A stretch of DNA of 64,000 nucleotides from positions 425,310-489,309 of the forward strand of contig NW_005434628.1 of the NCBI RefSeq assembly GCF_000315625.1, in the 5' to 3' direction. Position numbers and translations under genes: made by a program. The stretch comes from Guillardia theta CCMP2712 (taxonomy: Eukaryota > Protista > Cryptophyta). Below the pieces are notes generated by a model. It searched no databases. It was not told the DNA's origin and was given only the letters and a program-made list of their open reading frames with translations. How positions within the stretch are numbered: position 1 is the first letter of the stretch; each line of letters starts with the position of its first letter. Shown here one piece after another: positions 24,879 through 38,255 of the stretch.

Positions 24879-27800
24879 ATGGCGGCTGACAAGAAGAAAT
24901 CGCACAGAGCTCGGCAAGCCGGGTCGAAGGCGAACAAGAAGAAGGCGAAGAAAGAGAGGAGGGAAGGGAAGACGCTAGCTAAGGGTCAGAACCCAAGGGC
25001 CTTCGGAAGATCATCTGCTGGTATCACCGCGCGCATCCAACAAGCAAGGAAGGCCGAGATTCATGAGAGGAAGCTGCATGTGCCGCTCACCGACCGCTCC
25101 TACCTTGCCGAAGATCCGCCACCTATCGTGGTGGCTGTCGTGGTAGGCTTGCAACCTCTTGCTCTTGCTCCTGCTCCTGCTCCTGCCCCTGCTCCTGCTC
25201 TTTCTTCCCCTCTTTACAGCGTCGCATCTCTGACTCCTGGTTTCCAGGGACCTCCCAAGGTTGGCAAGACGACTTTGATCCGATCGCTGGTGAAGCACTA
25301 CACGAGGCACAACCTCAACCAGGTTCTCGGCCCCATCACGCTAGTGTCCGGCAAGAATAGGAGGCTGACCATCGTCGAGTGCGCCAACGACCTCGCCTCC
25401 ATGATGGACGTTGGAAAGTCAGCGGACCTGATCCTCCTTATGGTGGACGGGAGGTACGTGCTGCTCGTTGGTGCTGCTGTTCGTGACGTGTTGCTGCAGC
25501 TTCGGGTTTGAGATGGAGACTTTCGAGTTCCTCAACATCCTGCAAGCTCATGGGTTCCCCAAGATCCTTGGCATCCTGACGCACCTCGATCACTTCAGAG
25601 ACAACAAGAAGCTGAGGAAGACGAAGAAGCGCATGAAGTCGGTAAGGACTTGGGTGGCGCTGCTGCGCTTTCTCTGACGCTCTCTCGCTCCCCAGCGCTT
25701 CTGGACGGAGGTGCATGACGGGGCCAAGTTGTTCTACTTCAGCGGGCTGGAGAAGAGCGGGAGGTGAGGAGGGGGGATTGGGGGAGGTGAGGAGGGGGGA
25801 TGGGGGGGAGGTGAGGAGGGGGGATGGGGGGGAGGTGAGGAGGGGGGATGGGGGGGGATGGGGGGCCGCCTGTCACGAGAGCCGATGCGATTGAGATGAA
25901 GAGACTTGAAACCTTTTCTGACACCTCTAGACTGATTCTCCATGCGAGTGGAGATGCTGATTTTCTTTCTCTGATCAAATGCTCGATGCCCGTGTGAACG
26001 ACTGCTGGTTGAGCGCAGCTGTGGCCTGCTTTGACGCGTCTGTGTGGCAGGTACCCCAAGACAGAAGTTCACAACCTAGCAAGGTTCATCTCTGTCGCCA
26101 AGTTCCGCCCTCTCATCTGGAGAAACCATCACCCGTACGTCCTTCTCCTCCTCCTCCTCCTCCTCCTCCTCCTGGAAAGGGAACGTGCGAGACTGCTTCC
26201 CCAATGATGCAAAATATTATTAGAGCTGTCGGAATGTTCCGTGACGACTTCTTTTCCGCTTAGTGTATGAGGGGAACAGCCGCATGCCTTTCCTTTCCTC
26301 TTCCTCTTCCTCCTCCCTCTTCCCTCCTCTTCCCTCCTCCTCCTTTCTCACTTCCTCTGGCAGGTACGTGATCGCGGACAGGTTCGAGGAAGTGACGGAC
26401 CCGGAGAGGGTCCGGCAAGATCCGCGCTGTGACCGGACCATGTACCTGTACGGCTACTGCAGGGGAACCTACCTCAAGCCCTCCCAGCGCGTCCACGTCC
26501 CCGGGGTCGGCGACTTCAGCCTGGAGGCAGTGACGCAGCTCGAGGACCCCTGCCCCCTGCCCACCAAGAACGGGGAGAAGAAGAGGAGGACGCTGAAGAC
26601 TGCGGAGCGGAGCATCTATGCTCCCATGTCGGACGTGTCCGGGATCCTGTTCGACAAAGACGCTACCTACATTGAGATCCCGGACAAGCACGTGGTGTTC
26701 TCGAAGCTCTCCTCCCTCTTCCCCGGGGGGATCTCGCACGAGATGGATCTCGACGAGCAGCAGCAGCAGGAGAAGGCAAGGGAGGCGCTCATGTCGGCAC
26801 AGGCTCAGCACAGTGCCGAGCATAGCGAGGGAGTGCAGATGGTGAGGAGGCTACAAGACGCGGAGAAGACGGTGGACGAGAGGCTGGGGGAGGCGACGCT
26901 GCAGCTGTTCGAGGGGAGCAAGAAGATCACGTCGAGCGAGTACGAGCGACTGAAGAGCGAGGAGGTAGGGAGAGGAGAGGAGGAGAATCCAGGGAGTGAC
27001 TTTTGCACAGGTGAAACAGGACAAGGATGCTATGGAGGACGAAGATGAGGACGAGGACGAGGACGAGGACGAAGATGAGGACGAGGAGCAAGGCGAGGAA
27101 GAGGAAGAGAACGAAGAAGACCAAGACGAAGAGGAGGACGAAGAGGAGGAGGATGAAGAAAGAGTGCAAGAAGGTGAGCGGTTGATGTGAGATTTTATGG
27201 TTTCTGACGAACGTTTCATGGCAGTCGACGATGACGATGATGATGAGGAAGCGGAAGAAAGTGATACGGAGGAGGAGAAAGGTGCTCGGAAGAAGAAGGA
27301 CCTTCCAGGGTACGAGAAGGTTGAGTTCCAAGGGAGGATGAGAAGGAAGGCTGTGTTCCTGGATGAGGAGGAGGAAGACGATGACGACGACGACGAGGAA
27401 GGAACAGACGAGGAGGACATGAGCGAGGAGGAGGAGGTCTCGTCTGCTAAAAGAGCGAAGGGGAAGGGCAAGAAAACGCCTGCGAGGCACAGCGAGGAGG
27501 CGAAGGCAGGCAAGGAGGAGTACAACAAGAGGAAGAAGGGGGTGAAGCAGCCCGAGGTGATCGCCTGGGCCGACGAGAGCAACGAGGAGGAGGAGGAGGA
27601 GGAGGAGGAGGAGGAGGACAAGTACGGAGACGAGGAGATCAGCTTCTCGCAGCCTGGGACGAAGAAGCTCAGGAACGAGCAGGCCGAGGACGAGGAGGGA
27701 GAGGGGGATGAGGGAGAAGGGGAGGGAGAGGAGGAGGAGGAGGAGGAGGAGGCTCACTCCAAGTGGAAAGCTGTGTTGGGGAAGCGCTGGCTGATGAACG

Positions 27801-29898
27801 CAAGGGTGAATATCGAGGCGCTTGTGTATGGGAAGAAGGGGAAGAGAAAGGAAAAGAAGGAGGAGAAAGCTCGGGGGGGAGAGGAGGAGGAGGGATCGGA
27901 CGAAGATTTCTTCAAGCCCGTCAAGGGAGGGAGGAAAGCTCGAGGGAGGGAGGAGGAGGAGGAAGAGGGAGAGGAGGAGGAACTGGACGAGGACGAGGAG
28001 GACTTGACCAAGTTCAACCACGATGAGGAGGAGCTCGCGTGCTGGGAGGACGCCAAGAGGATCGCGGAGATCAGGAGGAAGTTCGTCAACGACGAGACGG
28101 ACGCGGCAACGGTGAAGGAGGCGTTCTACAAGGAGGAGGGGGGAAAGGAGGACGGGGAGGTGGCGTATGGGGACTTCGAAGACCTTGAGACGGGGGAGGT
28201 GTTTGCGACGGGGATGGGGGAGGTCCCGATGAATGTGGATAGCGGGGATGAGGAGGAGGGAGGCGGGAAGAAGAAGAAGAAGGGCGGGAAGGATACAGTT
28301 GGGTCCCTGGATGAGGAGAAGCTGGAGGACGAGGAAGGAGGAGAGGAGGAGGATGGGAAGAACTTGTCGGAGGCAGACAGGCAGGCGGAGCTGATGAAGA
28401 AGAAGCTGGAGAAGAAGAAGCAGTTCGACGCGGCGTACGATGGGATCGAGGAGAACGAGGATTTGATGGCGGCCAGGGCGGAGCTTGATGCCCAGAAGAA
28501 GCTCAACTTGGAAGAGTTTGAGGAGGAGGACGCAGAGACGAGAAGGCAGTACGTTGGGTTCACCCCTGGAGCATACGTGCGGGTGAAGCTGACGGGAGTC
28601 CCTTGCGAGTTTGTCCGGCACTTCGACCCCAGGAGGCTGATGGTGGTCGGGGGGCTGACGGCGCAGGAGGAGAGGACGGGGATGGTGCAGGTGAGGCTGA
28701 AGAAGCACAGGTGGTACAGGAGGGTGCTGAAGAACCAGGACCCCCTCATCGTCTCGCTGGGGTGGAGGAGGTTCCAGACGATGCCAACGTTCTCGCTCAA
28801 GCACGTGGCGGCGGGGGAGGACAGGAGCAGGATGATCAAGTACACTCCCGAGCACATGCACTGCTTCGCCCAGATGCTCGCTCCCCTCACCGCCCCCGGC
28901 ACCGGTTTCGTCTGCTTCCAGTCGCTGTCGCAGGAGGCGGCCGGCTTCCGCATCGCAGCGACGGGAGTGGTGACGGAGATTGACGGAGGGGAGGGCAAGA
29001 TCGTAAAGAAGCTGAAGCTGGTGGGGGAGCCTATGAAAGTTCACAAGAACACCTGCTTCGTGCGCAGGATGTTCTCCTCCTCCCTCGAGGTCGCCAAGTT
29101 CGAAGGCGCGTCGATCAGGACGGTCAGCGGGATCAGGGGGCAGGTGAAGAAGGCTGTGAAGGGGGAGGAGGGAGTCTTCCGCGCCACGTTCGAGGACAAG
29201 GTGCTCATGTCGGACATCATCTTTCTCCGCACGTGGGTGCAGGTCCACCCTCCTCGGTTCTACAACCCGGTGACGAACGCGCTGGGGAAGTTCGAGGGAG
29301 GGGGAGAGGAGGGCTGGAAGAGGATGAGGACTGTGGGGGAGATCAGGAGGGCGAAGAAGGAGCCGGTGCCGGTTAACAAGGACTCATTGTACAAGCCGAT
29401 CGAGCGCAAGCCGCGGGTGTTCAACCCCCTCCGCATCCCCAGGGGCCTGCAGCAGGAGCTGCCGTTCGCGTCGAAGCCCAAGGAGGAGAAGCAGAGGAGG
29501 AAGAAGCTCTACGTGCACAAGCGCGCGGTGGTGATGGAGCCCGAGGAGAAGCGACTGCACGTGCTGATGCACAAGATCAACACCATCCGCAACGACAAGA
29601 CCAAGAAGAGGAAGGAGGCAGACGCTCGCAGCCGCGCAGAGCTCGCGAAGAAGCTCGAGAAGAAGAACGAGTCGCTGAACCAGGTAAGAAGCAGGGAGCT
29701 GGGGAAGAGTGGGGGGGGATAAGTGAAGATGAGTGAAGGGGAGGAGGGAGCGAGTGAAGAGGAGCTTATGGCGATGTCAGTCAGAACTAACGCACATGGT
29801 GGCAGTACCGCAAGGACGAGAAGAAGAAGCGCTTCCGAACGGAGGGGAAGGAGGCAGCCCGTAGGGAAGCGAAGAAGAGAAAGACGATCTCGGAGTGA
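24879..29898 (+). CDS. BMS1: Ribosome biogenesis GTPase BMS1, multi-exon
   Basis: [16 protein letters not shown]|[46 protein letters not shown], long acidic middle, [41 protein letters not shown] and FEDKVLMSD. The last exon ends at TGA 29896-29898. Confidence 0.97.
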
Positions 29899-30083
29899 GA
29901 AAGAAGCATGTAAATACTGACAAGAGAGGCAAGTCAGATGTAGATTCACAAGGATTGTAAGGATGGAGAGAATGAATGTACATATCCCCAAGGACTCCTC
30001 TCCTGCTTGCTCAGTCTTCCCTCCTCCCCTTCCGTCTCCCTCACTCCATCTCCTTCCCTTCCACCTCCTCTTCATTCCGTTGT

Positions 30084-30338
30084 TTATCGGTTAAGGAACT
30101 TAAGAAGGAACCCAGAAAGGCCGGTGGTGATGACAACAGGGAGCGCGACAGTGAGAGGATCGCTGCCCTTCCTGACGCCGTTGTCCTCGCCCTCGTTGAT
30201 CTTGCGGAATCGCTCCTCAGCATCGCACACGTCCTTGGTCTTCGACTGAAGGCACTCCTCCATACGAGCCTTGCGCTCCAGCTACATCACAGCCGTCATC
30301 AACGAGGAGGAGAAGGAGCAGGAGCAGAAGCAGAAGCG

Positions 30339-30385
<47 letters not shown>

Positions 30386-31239
30386 AGAGCAATACAGTAA
30401 GTAGACAAGCAAGGGTATTAAATAGAGATGAGCGAGCAGGAAAGAGACAGGAGATGTGTAGGACGAGAGAGAAGGAGACGGAGAGGAGGGGGAAGAGAGG
30501 GAGAACATTGAAGGGAAGAGTGATGGAAGCGAGGGAGGGAGAGAGATGAAGGGGAAGAGGTAGATGGAGGGAGAGGGGGAGGAGGAGGAGGAAAGCTAGG
30601 ATTGAGCAGCAACGTACCGACTTCATCTTTTCGCTCTCGGATGCGTAAGGGTTCTCAACAATGGCTGTCTGCCTGTACTGCTTCTGGTTGTCGCGGAGGA
30701 CAGAGAAGGAGTTGGAGTCCATAGCCATCTGCTCCCTGCTCAGCTCCTCCTCTCCTTGCTCCTCCTCCTGATGTATCTCCTCCTGCTCCTCCTCCTGATC
30801 TATTTCTTGCTCCTCCGCCCATTTCTTCACTCAGATGCTACACTACTATCATGAACCATCCCACTCTTCCTGCAACCTACTCCGGCACCTCCACAGCCAC
30901 CAACACCTCCTCTTTCTCCTTTCCCTCCTTCCCTTACTTCCTCTTGCTCCCCTCTCTTCACCTCACTCCCTCCTCTCCACCTCACTCCCTCCTCTTCCAC
31001 CCTCATCGCCGCACCTGGGAGTTCACACTAGCATCAGCGGGAAGGAGAGGCTGTCCGAGAAGAGCAGCAGCAACTGCCAAACCAGAGGCGGAGAGCACGA
31101 CAGGATTAGCTCCCTGCTTGCCCGCCGACATGCGCACGGAGCAGCGAGCAGGAGCAGATCTGGGGGTGAGAGTGAAGGCAGGGGCCTGGAAGGCCGAAGC
31201 ACATCCGATAGCGAGGGAGAGCACAATCATCTTCATCAT
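30084..31239 (-). CDS. Small nucleus-encoded plastid (probably thylakoid) protein of unknown function, 3 exons
   Basis: Exons 31239-31015, 30728-30618 and 30281-30084 splice in frame. The signal peptide ends ASA-F, followed by a transit peptide, a second hydrophobic signal ending ADA, and a C-terminal TM helix. Confidence 0.75.
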
Positions 31240-32804
31240 CTATCGAATGCTCCGTCAGCAAGAAGTACAGCAGACACATGTCTCCTTCCTCCTTCCTTCA
31301 TCATGATCATAGATCATCGTAATCGTCACCATCATTCGCCTCCCTCCTGATTTCCCACTGCTCCTCCTGTTCCCCTGCTTCATCAATTCCTTGCAATCCT
31401 CCTACTACAACATCCTTTCACTCCTACTCTGTTCTCTTAAGCATGTGTACCAGCCAGCATAGGATCCCAGAAATCTCGGAGGATCAATCCTAAGCACAAC
31501 AAGCACGTCTTCTCCTTACAAATGCTAGGTCTCCGACTCTATTCGCACTAAGTGCTAACGTATAGTTATCTCCGAACATGTTCTGTCCCCACTGCTCGGC
31601 AGAACAAGCATGCGTGAAGCAAACAATGCTCCCTGTCACTTCATGCTGTGTGGTTTCATATTTGAGTCTATGATGCGAAAACAAGATTCTTCCTTCCGAC
31701 CCTTCATTTCTTTTCCCCGATTCTCGTTTCCGCACTTCGCCTCCTGACCCTTATGTCTCTCTTGCTTTTCAAGCATTCTCCTCCCGCCTTTCGCTGCAGC
31801 CCTTGGACTTCTACCAAACTATCTTCTCCTCTGCATCAACATTCTCCGTTCTTCCTACTCTACGTCTCGATCTCCTCATCCTCCTCGCCTCTTCGCCCTG
31901 CTCCTTTCCCTCAGTAATCGTTCTAACAAGCATTTCGCTTTCTGACACGAATCCCTGCGGCCTTTGAAGGGTAGGGTAGTGACCCCCACCCTTACTTTCA
32001 GCTACCCTGGAAATATTGAAGCACTCCGCTTTCATTACATTTCCTTTGAACCCCCGCATTGAAACTATCATGAAACATTAATAGTGGGTAGGGTACTTGT
32101 CATGGTATGGTCGGGTACCAGCCCCTACCCCACCTGCTGAATGACCTACCCTTGGTATTTTACCACCCCACCCTCCGACTATGGAAACGTAGGTATAACA
32201 AGACGAGGGGGCCAGGCATGGATGGAAAATATCAAAACCTGGCGTGAGTACCCCTACCCCCCTTCTCTCATGGAACACTCCCAAAGCACCCCCTTGTGGA
32301 GAGCTCTTAAAAGGACCCTACCCCCACGTGCAAAACCTCAAAATTCGTACCACCCCCGAAATCCTCACCCCCTTTGCCCACGCTGCCCTGATCCTGGTCC
32401 GAGCAAGAATGTAAATTCGAATTGCTGCCCAAATTTTCATGGTACAAGACTGTATTGAAAACTTTCAGTCAAGTAGGAAGATTTGGGTCAATCGGGAACT
32501 GTTTTAAATGAAGTAAAGAAGGATGTAAGAAGGTGGCCGGGGGTGGGTCAGGTGGGGTAGTCAGCATGGTCTTGCCAACTTCCCTTGCGTCTTTCGTCTG
32601 AGCTGGCGAACCCTCGTGACCGAGGACCTTGCTTACTGCTAAAATGTTTTAAGAAAATTTCAACTGATGTTGAAAAGTTTGAATATTGGAGGGAGAAGGT
32701 TTGAAAACTCTGAGTAAATTGAGTGTATGAGGGGGGACGGGGTGAACTGGTTGGTGTTTGCTTTGAGGCAGGCTTGGTGGTATGAATAGAGGGGCGGATT
32801 CCGC

Positions 32805-33688
32805 ATGGCAACGCCCAGGTGAATGCTGAGGGAGCAGGGAGGACAGGGGAGGGGAGGGGAGGAGAGCAGAGGAGAGGAGAGGAGAGGATTAATGGTCGGA
32901 AGAGGACAGGACAGAACTGGACAGACAGACCTGGACACGAGATTGTGTATTAAGTTCAGATCATGTTGTTCAATGTCTTTCATGCTTGTCCTTGCTTGTA
33001 CGCAGGCTCCTGTTGGCCTCTGCCAAGCATTCATGAGTCTGCTTACATTCATGTCATGCCATGGCATTACGTCGTCATGTCACACCATCATAGCGTGTCT
33101 TCATTCACGCTTTGTCCGGCTGATAATCTCATGTTTTCAAATTATCTACAGCAAGGGAGGGGTAAGAGTTCGGAGGCCTTTGAACAAGTGGGAGAAATCG
33201 TCGAATGAAATCTTCGTGAGCAAGAACCAATCGTTCCACGCTCTTCGACGACGCGTAGACAAGATGTAGAGCTGAATGCATTGCAGTGTTACTGCTGACT
33301 TGAACTTGCTGGTTGTTAGACTGGAGGCGGAAGGCAGCGTCTGCCTGCATGCGACTGGGGGAGCGATCGTGAGGGCGATCGACATGGCGCACGAGGTAAG
33401 CCAGAGACAAGTAGGGCAGGACTGGAGTGCATGCAACGATATGAGGGGATGTAGAGGAGAGCAGATGATGCGATGTGCGACAGATCCGAAGGTTGTCGCC
33501 GTCAGAGCTCAGCCTCTTCCTCAACACTTCTACAGAAATCGCTACCGATGAAGTGTGCAGAGAAGGAGAAGATGTGAGATGTGAAGGTGAAATGCTCATT
33601 GGCATTCATGGTGCTGCAGGCAAACAAGATCGAGACAGCCACGAGACTGATACCTGCAGTTCACATAGGAATTTCCCATAAAAGATGA
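32805..33688 (+). CDS. POP7: RNase P/MRP subunit Rpp20 (POP7, Alba fold), 5 exons
   Basis: Spliced product MATPSKGGVRVRRP..NEIFVSKNQSFHALRRRVDKILEAEGSVCLHATGGAIVRAIDMAHEIRR..LNTSTEIATDE..RLIPAVHIGI follows the Rpp20 pattern (DIYVS, LHGLGAAI.RA, TST..DD, AIHI). All introns are GT-AG. Confidence 0.75.
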
Positions 33689-35434
33689 ACCGTCGCGCTG
33701 TGACGGCCGCAGTGCCGCCCGGCCTCAGCAGAGTCCGATACGGTCACTGCCGTACAGACGGGAGTCAGGCTCGGCGCCGGGTCGGCCGGGACTCCCGAGC
33801 CTGAGTCCGGAAAGCCGAGTCAGGGCCCGGGGGCATGGCAGTGACCGGCGGTGCGGCGATCGGACGGCCCTCCCGGCCGGGCGCCGGGCCGGTACGGTAC
33901 GGTAGTACACTGAATGCCATGATGGCAGCCCGGTACCGGGGCCAGGCCCGGCCCGGCTGGTTTCAATGCTCTCCAGGCTTTAAACTTTCCAGTCACGGGC
34001 CGAAAGCCCCGGGCCCGGGCCCTGTCTGGCACGCCCTCAGTCACGGGGGCGGCCGGCCCGGCACGGGCGGCCGCCGCGCCGCAGGAGCGCGGGCTGGGCC
34101 CAGCCTGAGTCACTCACTGTCATCAGTGATGCCGGGGCCACAGTTTGCGGCCGGGCCCTAAGTTTATTATTAGGATTAGTTAGGAAATAAATGTTTTAAG
34201 ATTTGTGTGCTTTTTATTTGGGAATGTATTTTGAAAATTTATAGATAATTTTTCAAATAAATATTCCTCATTTCTCTATTAAGGCATTGAAGCTTACACG
34301 GCCAACACCGGTGCAAACTAGTAGTAATCAAAGGGATATTGGTGGGTAGTTGAGAGGAGGGGTACCAAAGAGATTTTATTAGATGGCCCCCCACCCTACC
34401 CACTTTGTACTATCCCCCCACATCTTATACCCCTAAAGATGAGCTCAAGATTTCTATCACCCGTTCTTTCAAATCATAATACCCCCCACCATTGACTTGT
34501 CATCTGTCTGCTTACTCACCCCTACCCCTACAAAATCTATACCACCCCCCTTCGCATCATGCCATGGAATGGGCTCCGTGCAAGTTAGTTATGACTACCC
34601 CCACATTGGACCCGAAATTGGAGGGTGGGTACTTCAATCCTCACACTCCCAGGGTACAACAGTGAACATGGCCTGGAGCGCTATTCCTCCATGGCGCGAA
34701 ACCTCCACCCTGCCTCCATCTCCCATCTCCTATCATCATGCATCCTTCCCGGTTCCTTGCATCCTCCTCGTCACTTCTCTCCCCCCTCTTCACTGTGCCT
34801 TGCCCTTTTCCCCCTGCATGGCTCCTGCTCCCTTGTCCTTCTGACTCAATTATCTTCTTGTCCACCTGGACTTTCAGCTCCTGAAGCTTTCCTTGCCCCC
34901 TCTTGTTTCTCGTGCTCCAACGTGCCCTCTTTACGCCCTTCCTTCATCTGGTCCATCGTGCTGCTCTGCCCCTCTTGCTCATCGATGCCTGTTTGCTGCC
35001 CATTGTCAATCTCCTCGATCACCTTCCCCAGCTCAACCCCGTTCGTCCTCCTCTTTTGGTTTTCTTGGCTTCGTTTCACTGCAGGAGCGCCTTCTGTCCT
35101 GCTATGATGATCTTCTCAACCAGACCTCCTTTGTCACCTTGCGCTCCTATATTTTCAGGCAGTCTGAACTGAAGAACAAGCAGCAGCATTCAGCCCGAGT
35201 GTTGTCTTCTGCATAGCGTTAACTCATTTGTCATGGCGTGTCTACCTTTGGTCTGTCTGTCTGATTTCTCCTTGTTTATCTCTTTCCTGGTGTATCTCAG
35301 AATGAGAAACTCCCCCTCTCAATCATCACCTCCGTGTCTAGCGATGTTGATGCTCATCGTTGTTAATCTCATCTTGATTTCATGCTTGCTTTGTTGTCTG
35401 ACTCTCATTGAGCAGGTCACCGTTTTGGCTCAAG

Positions 35435-36483
35435 ATGGAGATGGAATCTAGTCAGAGGGAACACTACAGCGTTCACGATGATGTGCCGGGAGTCTTAACG
35501 GAGGCGTATGTAATCGAAGCGTCCTCCACAGGTCAGAAGGGTCAGCTCTATTACTTTGACGCAAGTTTGACCGCAAGTATTCAGATTTGGAATGTCAGCG
35601 GAGCATGTACGGATGGCTCGTTCAAGGGGCCAACACAGCGCGGGATAGTAGCGAGGTTCCTTGAACCACTACAAGTCGGACGATGACTGCTGTTGTCGCA
35701 GATTCCGGCTCCGTCCCGAGCCCCGTCGGGGTACGAGACCGATGAAGGAGCGAAGGTGGAGACAATCATCTCGCGATGCCCGAGCTCGCAATGCAAGGAA
35801 GCGGAGGAGGAGGAGGTGATGGACTGCATCATCTGCTTGGAGGGAATGGACGATATGAGCAAGGTCTCTACTCTTCCCTGCAAGCATTCCTTCCACGAGC
35901 CCTGCATCATGAGGTTACCTCGTAGCGTGCTAGGACCTCTGGCCCTTAGAGCTCTTACCAGGTGGATGGAAGCGAGGGGCGAGCTCCGGCTATCACGCCG
36001 ATGCCCGCACTGCAACCAGGAAGTCGATGAGCCTGCAAGCAAGCCTGACATCAGCAACATAGAGGCCGAGCTGCTCTCAGCCATAGAGATGGTAAGGCTG
36101 TGCTTCTTGGCTTTACCCTTGTCCGACCTTGCTTCCAACTTGAGCCTGAGACTTTGTCGAGTCAAGCTCTCGCTTCCATGTCTTATTCCGATGATCCTGC
36201 TCTCATGATGTCACAATCAGCATGTGCTCGCTCTGATTTGGTTTCCTGGCAGGAAAGCGTCTTCTCGATCTGCTCAGGCCACTACTGGTGAGACCTCATT
36301 TGCTCCTTCTTCAAACTCGCTCACACACGTTGTCATAGCAATCAAACATCGCTGAGGTTTTCCTGTTCATCTTTCAGCTGCAAGCATGTGCTGATTCTAT
36401 TTGCAGGCGAGCATTTTACATAGTCTTCTTTGTATTCTTCGTCTTAATCATCATCAATGTCATCTTTCTCTTTCTGAGCTAAC
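35435..36483 (+). CDS. RING-H2 finger protein with a C-terminal TM segment (putative E3 ligase)
   Basis: CIICLE..LPCKHSFHEPCIMR|W..CPHC, and a hydrophobic last exon FYIVFFVFFVLIIINVIFLFLS*. Gene ends are approximate. Confidence 0.8.
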
Positions 36484-36840
36484 AAGATCAAACTCAATAC
36501 AAATAATCCTAAGGTAATACAAACGGCTACGCGGTCGAACCCCAAGCCCTAGAAACTGACTGTCCTGCCATGGCGCATCCTGACTGACTGGCTCCTCGGA
36601 TGCCGGGTCAGCACAGCGAGACTGCTTGAGAGCAAACCATTGCTAGCAAGATCAGTTTGGTGGAGTGTAACGATAGTTGACGAGGGGGAGAAGTGAACCC
36701 AGTAACTCAGGCACGCGCATCTAGTCTCCTCCCCTCCTCCTCTCTCAAGACTTGACTTCAGCTCTCTGAGTCTCGCAGCCTCAAGATACGTGCGATTCGA
36801 ACCCTCCTTCGCCCCGCCCCAACCAAGCGATGGCTCCCTC

Positions 36841-38255
36841 GCACGTGCTGCTCGGCAATCAAACCCGGGGGGGGAAACGCCTCAAGCAAAGATCGACAAC
36901 AAGGAGTTTTCATTGAATATCTACATACATGCGTCTTCATAATATACATACTCTACTCTTAGCAAATAGTATCCTCCTCTCCGCCCAGCTCCGGCTTCAG
37001 GCCTTGGCCTCCCTCTCGTCGACTCTCGCGTCGCTCGCGACGGCAGCAGGCGCTCTTAGCTGGATGAGGTCCCCTGTTGCCCCGACCACCGTCCTGCCCG
37101 CTTGGATGAGGCGTATAGAGGCCTGCAGGGAGGCGAGCTGCTTAGCGCGGGAGGGGCCAAGGGAAGGGAGGGAGGAGGGGCGGGGGGTTGAGGGGAGCGA
37201 GGTGTGAGTAACGGCAGTATCGCAAGTCATTGCCTTGCTGGGGGAGTTCAGGGGAGGATTCGGTGATGGAGCGGTAGAAGGAGAGAGGAGGGGAGCGGGG
37301 AATAGGCAGGTAAGAAGTTGCGGTGGGAGAGCGTGAATGTGGGGGGGGGAGGCTGGGGAGGCTGGGGAGGGAGCCGTTCTATTAAAGACCACGGTTGGGG
37401 AAAGGTGGGGGAATTCGAGAAGTGGGGGAAATCTCCTCAAAAGCATGACTGCTGACTAAGAGGTATCGTGACACATGGTCCGTGACCCACCTGGTTGACA
37501 TGTTCTCCTCGCATCAACTATAGTTTTGACTCCCTGGGTTGGCGGTCGGTCCTCGATCTCAAGATAAAGCCCGAGTCAACGGCCCTGTGATCGTGACGGT
37601 CACAGATGCTGACATGGTGCCGTGACGACTTGAATCACGGATGCGGGTAGGCTTACAGGCTATTGGGGGATAAGTCCTCCACTTTTCCCCATTGCTAAAA
37701 CCAGACGCTCCTCCCCTTCGCCATAAGGACACTCCTTTGTCGTGCTCCCCTCCTCCAGCGCTTCCTCTCTCCTCTTCATAAACCCGATCCCCGAAGCAAC
37801 CAATACTCGTCCCCTCCCCTCCCTTCCCCTCCCCTCCCAGCCCCACCCGCAACAAACCCATGATCTGCGATACTGCCGTTATTCACACCTCGATCCCTCC
37901 CTCAACCCCCCGCCCCTCCTCCCTCCCTTCCCTTGGCCCCTCCCGCGCTAAGCAGCTCGCCTCCCTGCAGGCCTCTATACGCCTCATCCAAGCGGGCAGG
38001 ACGGTGGTCGGGGCAACAGGGGACCTCATCCAGCTAAGAGCGCCTGCTGCCGTCGTGAGCGACGCGAGAGTCGACGAGAGGGAGGCCAAGGCCTGAAGCC
38101 GGAGCTGGGCGGAGAGGAGGATACTATTTGCTAAGAGTAGAGTATGTATATTATGAAGACGCATGTATGTAGATATTCAATGAAAACTTCCTTGTTGTCG
38201 ATCTTTGCTTGAGGTGTTTTCCTCTTTGCCAAGTTGATTGCCGAGAAGCACGTGC
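36841..38255. repeat. Inverted repeat with ~390-bp arms (36841-37230 and 37860-38255) around a ~630-bp spacer
   Basis: The arms are near-identical reverse complements; ORFs 36929-37207(+) and 37883-38164(-) encode almost the same peptide. Confidence 0.92.

Noticed and set aside
26927-29248. 773-aa minus-strand ORF
   Set aside because: Antisense shadow of the strongly codon-biased BMS1 exons, with no recognisable motifs.
30084-31239. Assignment to PsbQ or another known photosystem subunit
   Set aside because: The targeting signals fit, but the mature sequence lacks motifs I can match and has a C-terminal TM helix.
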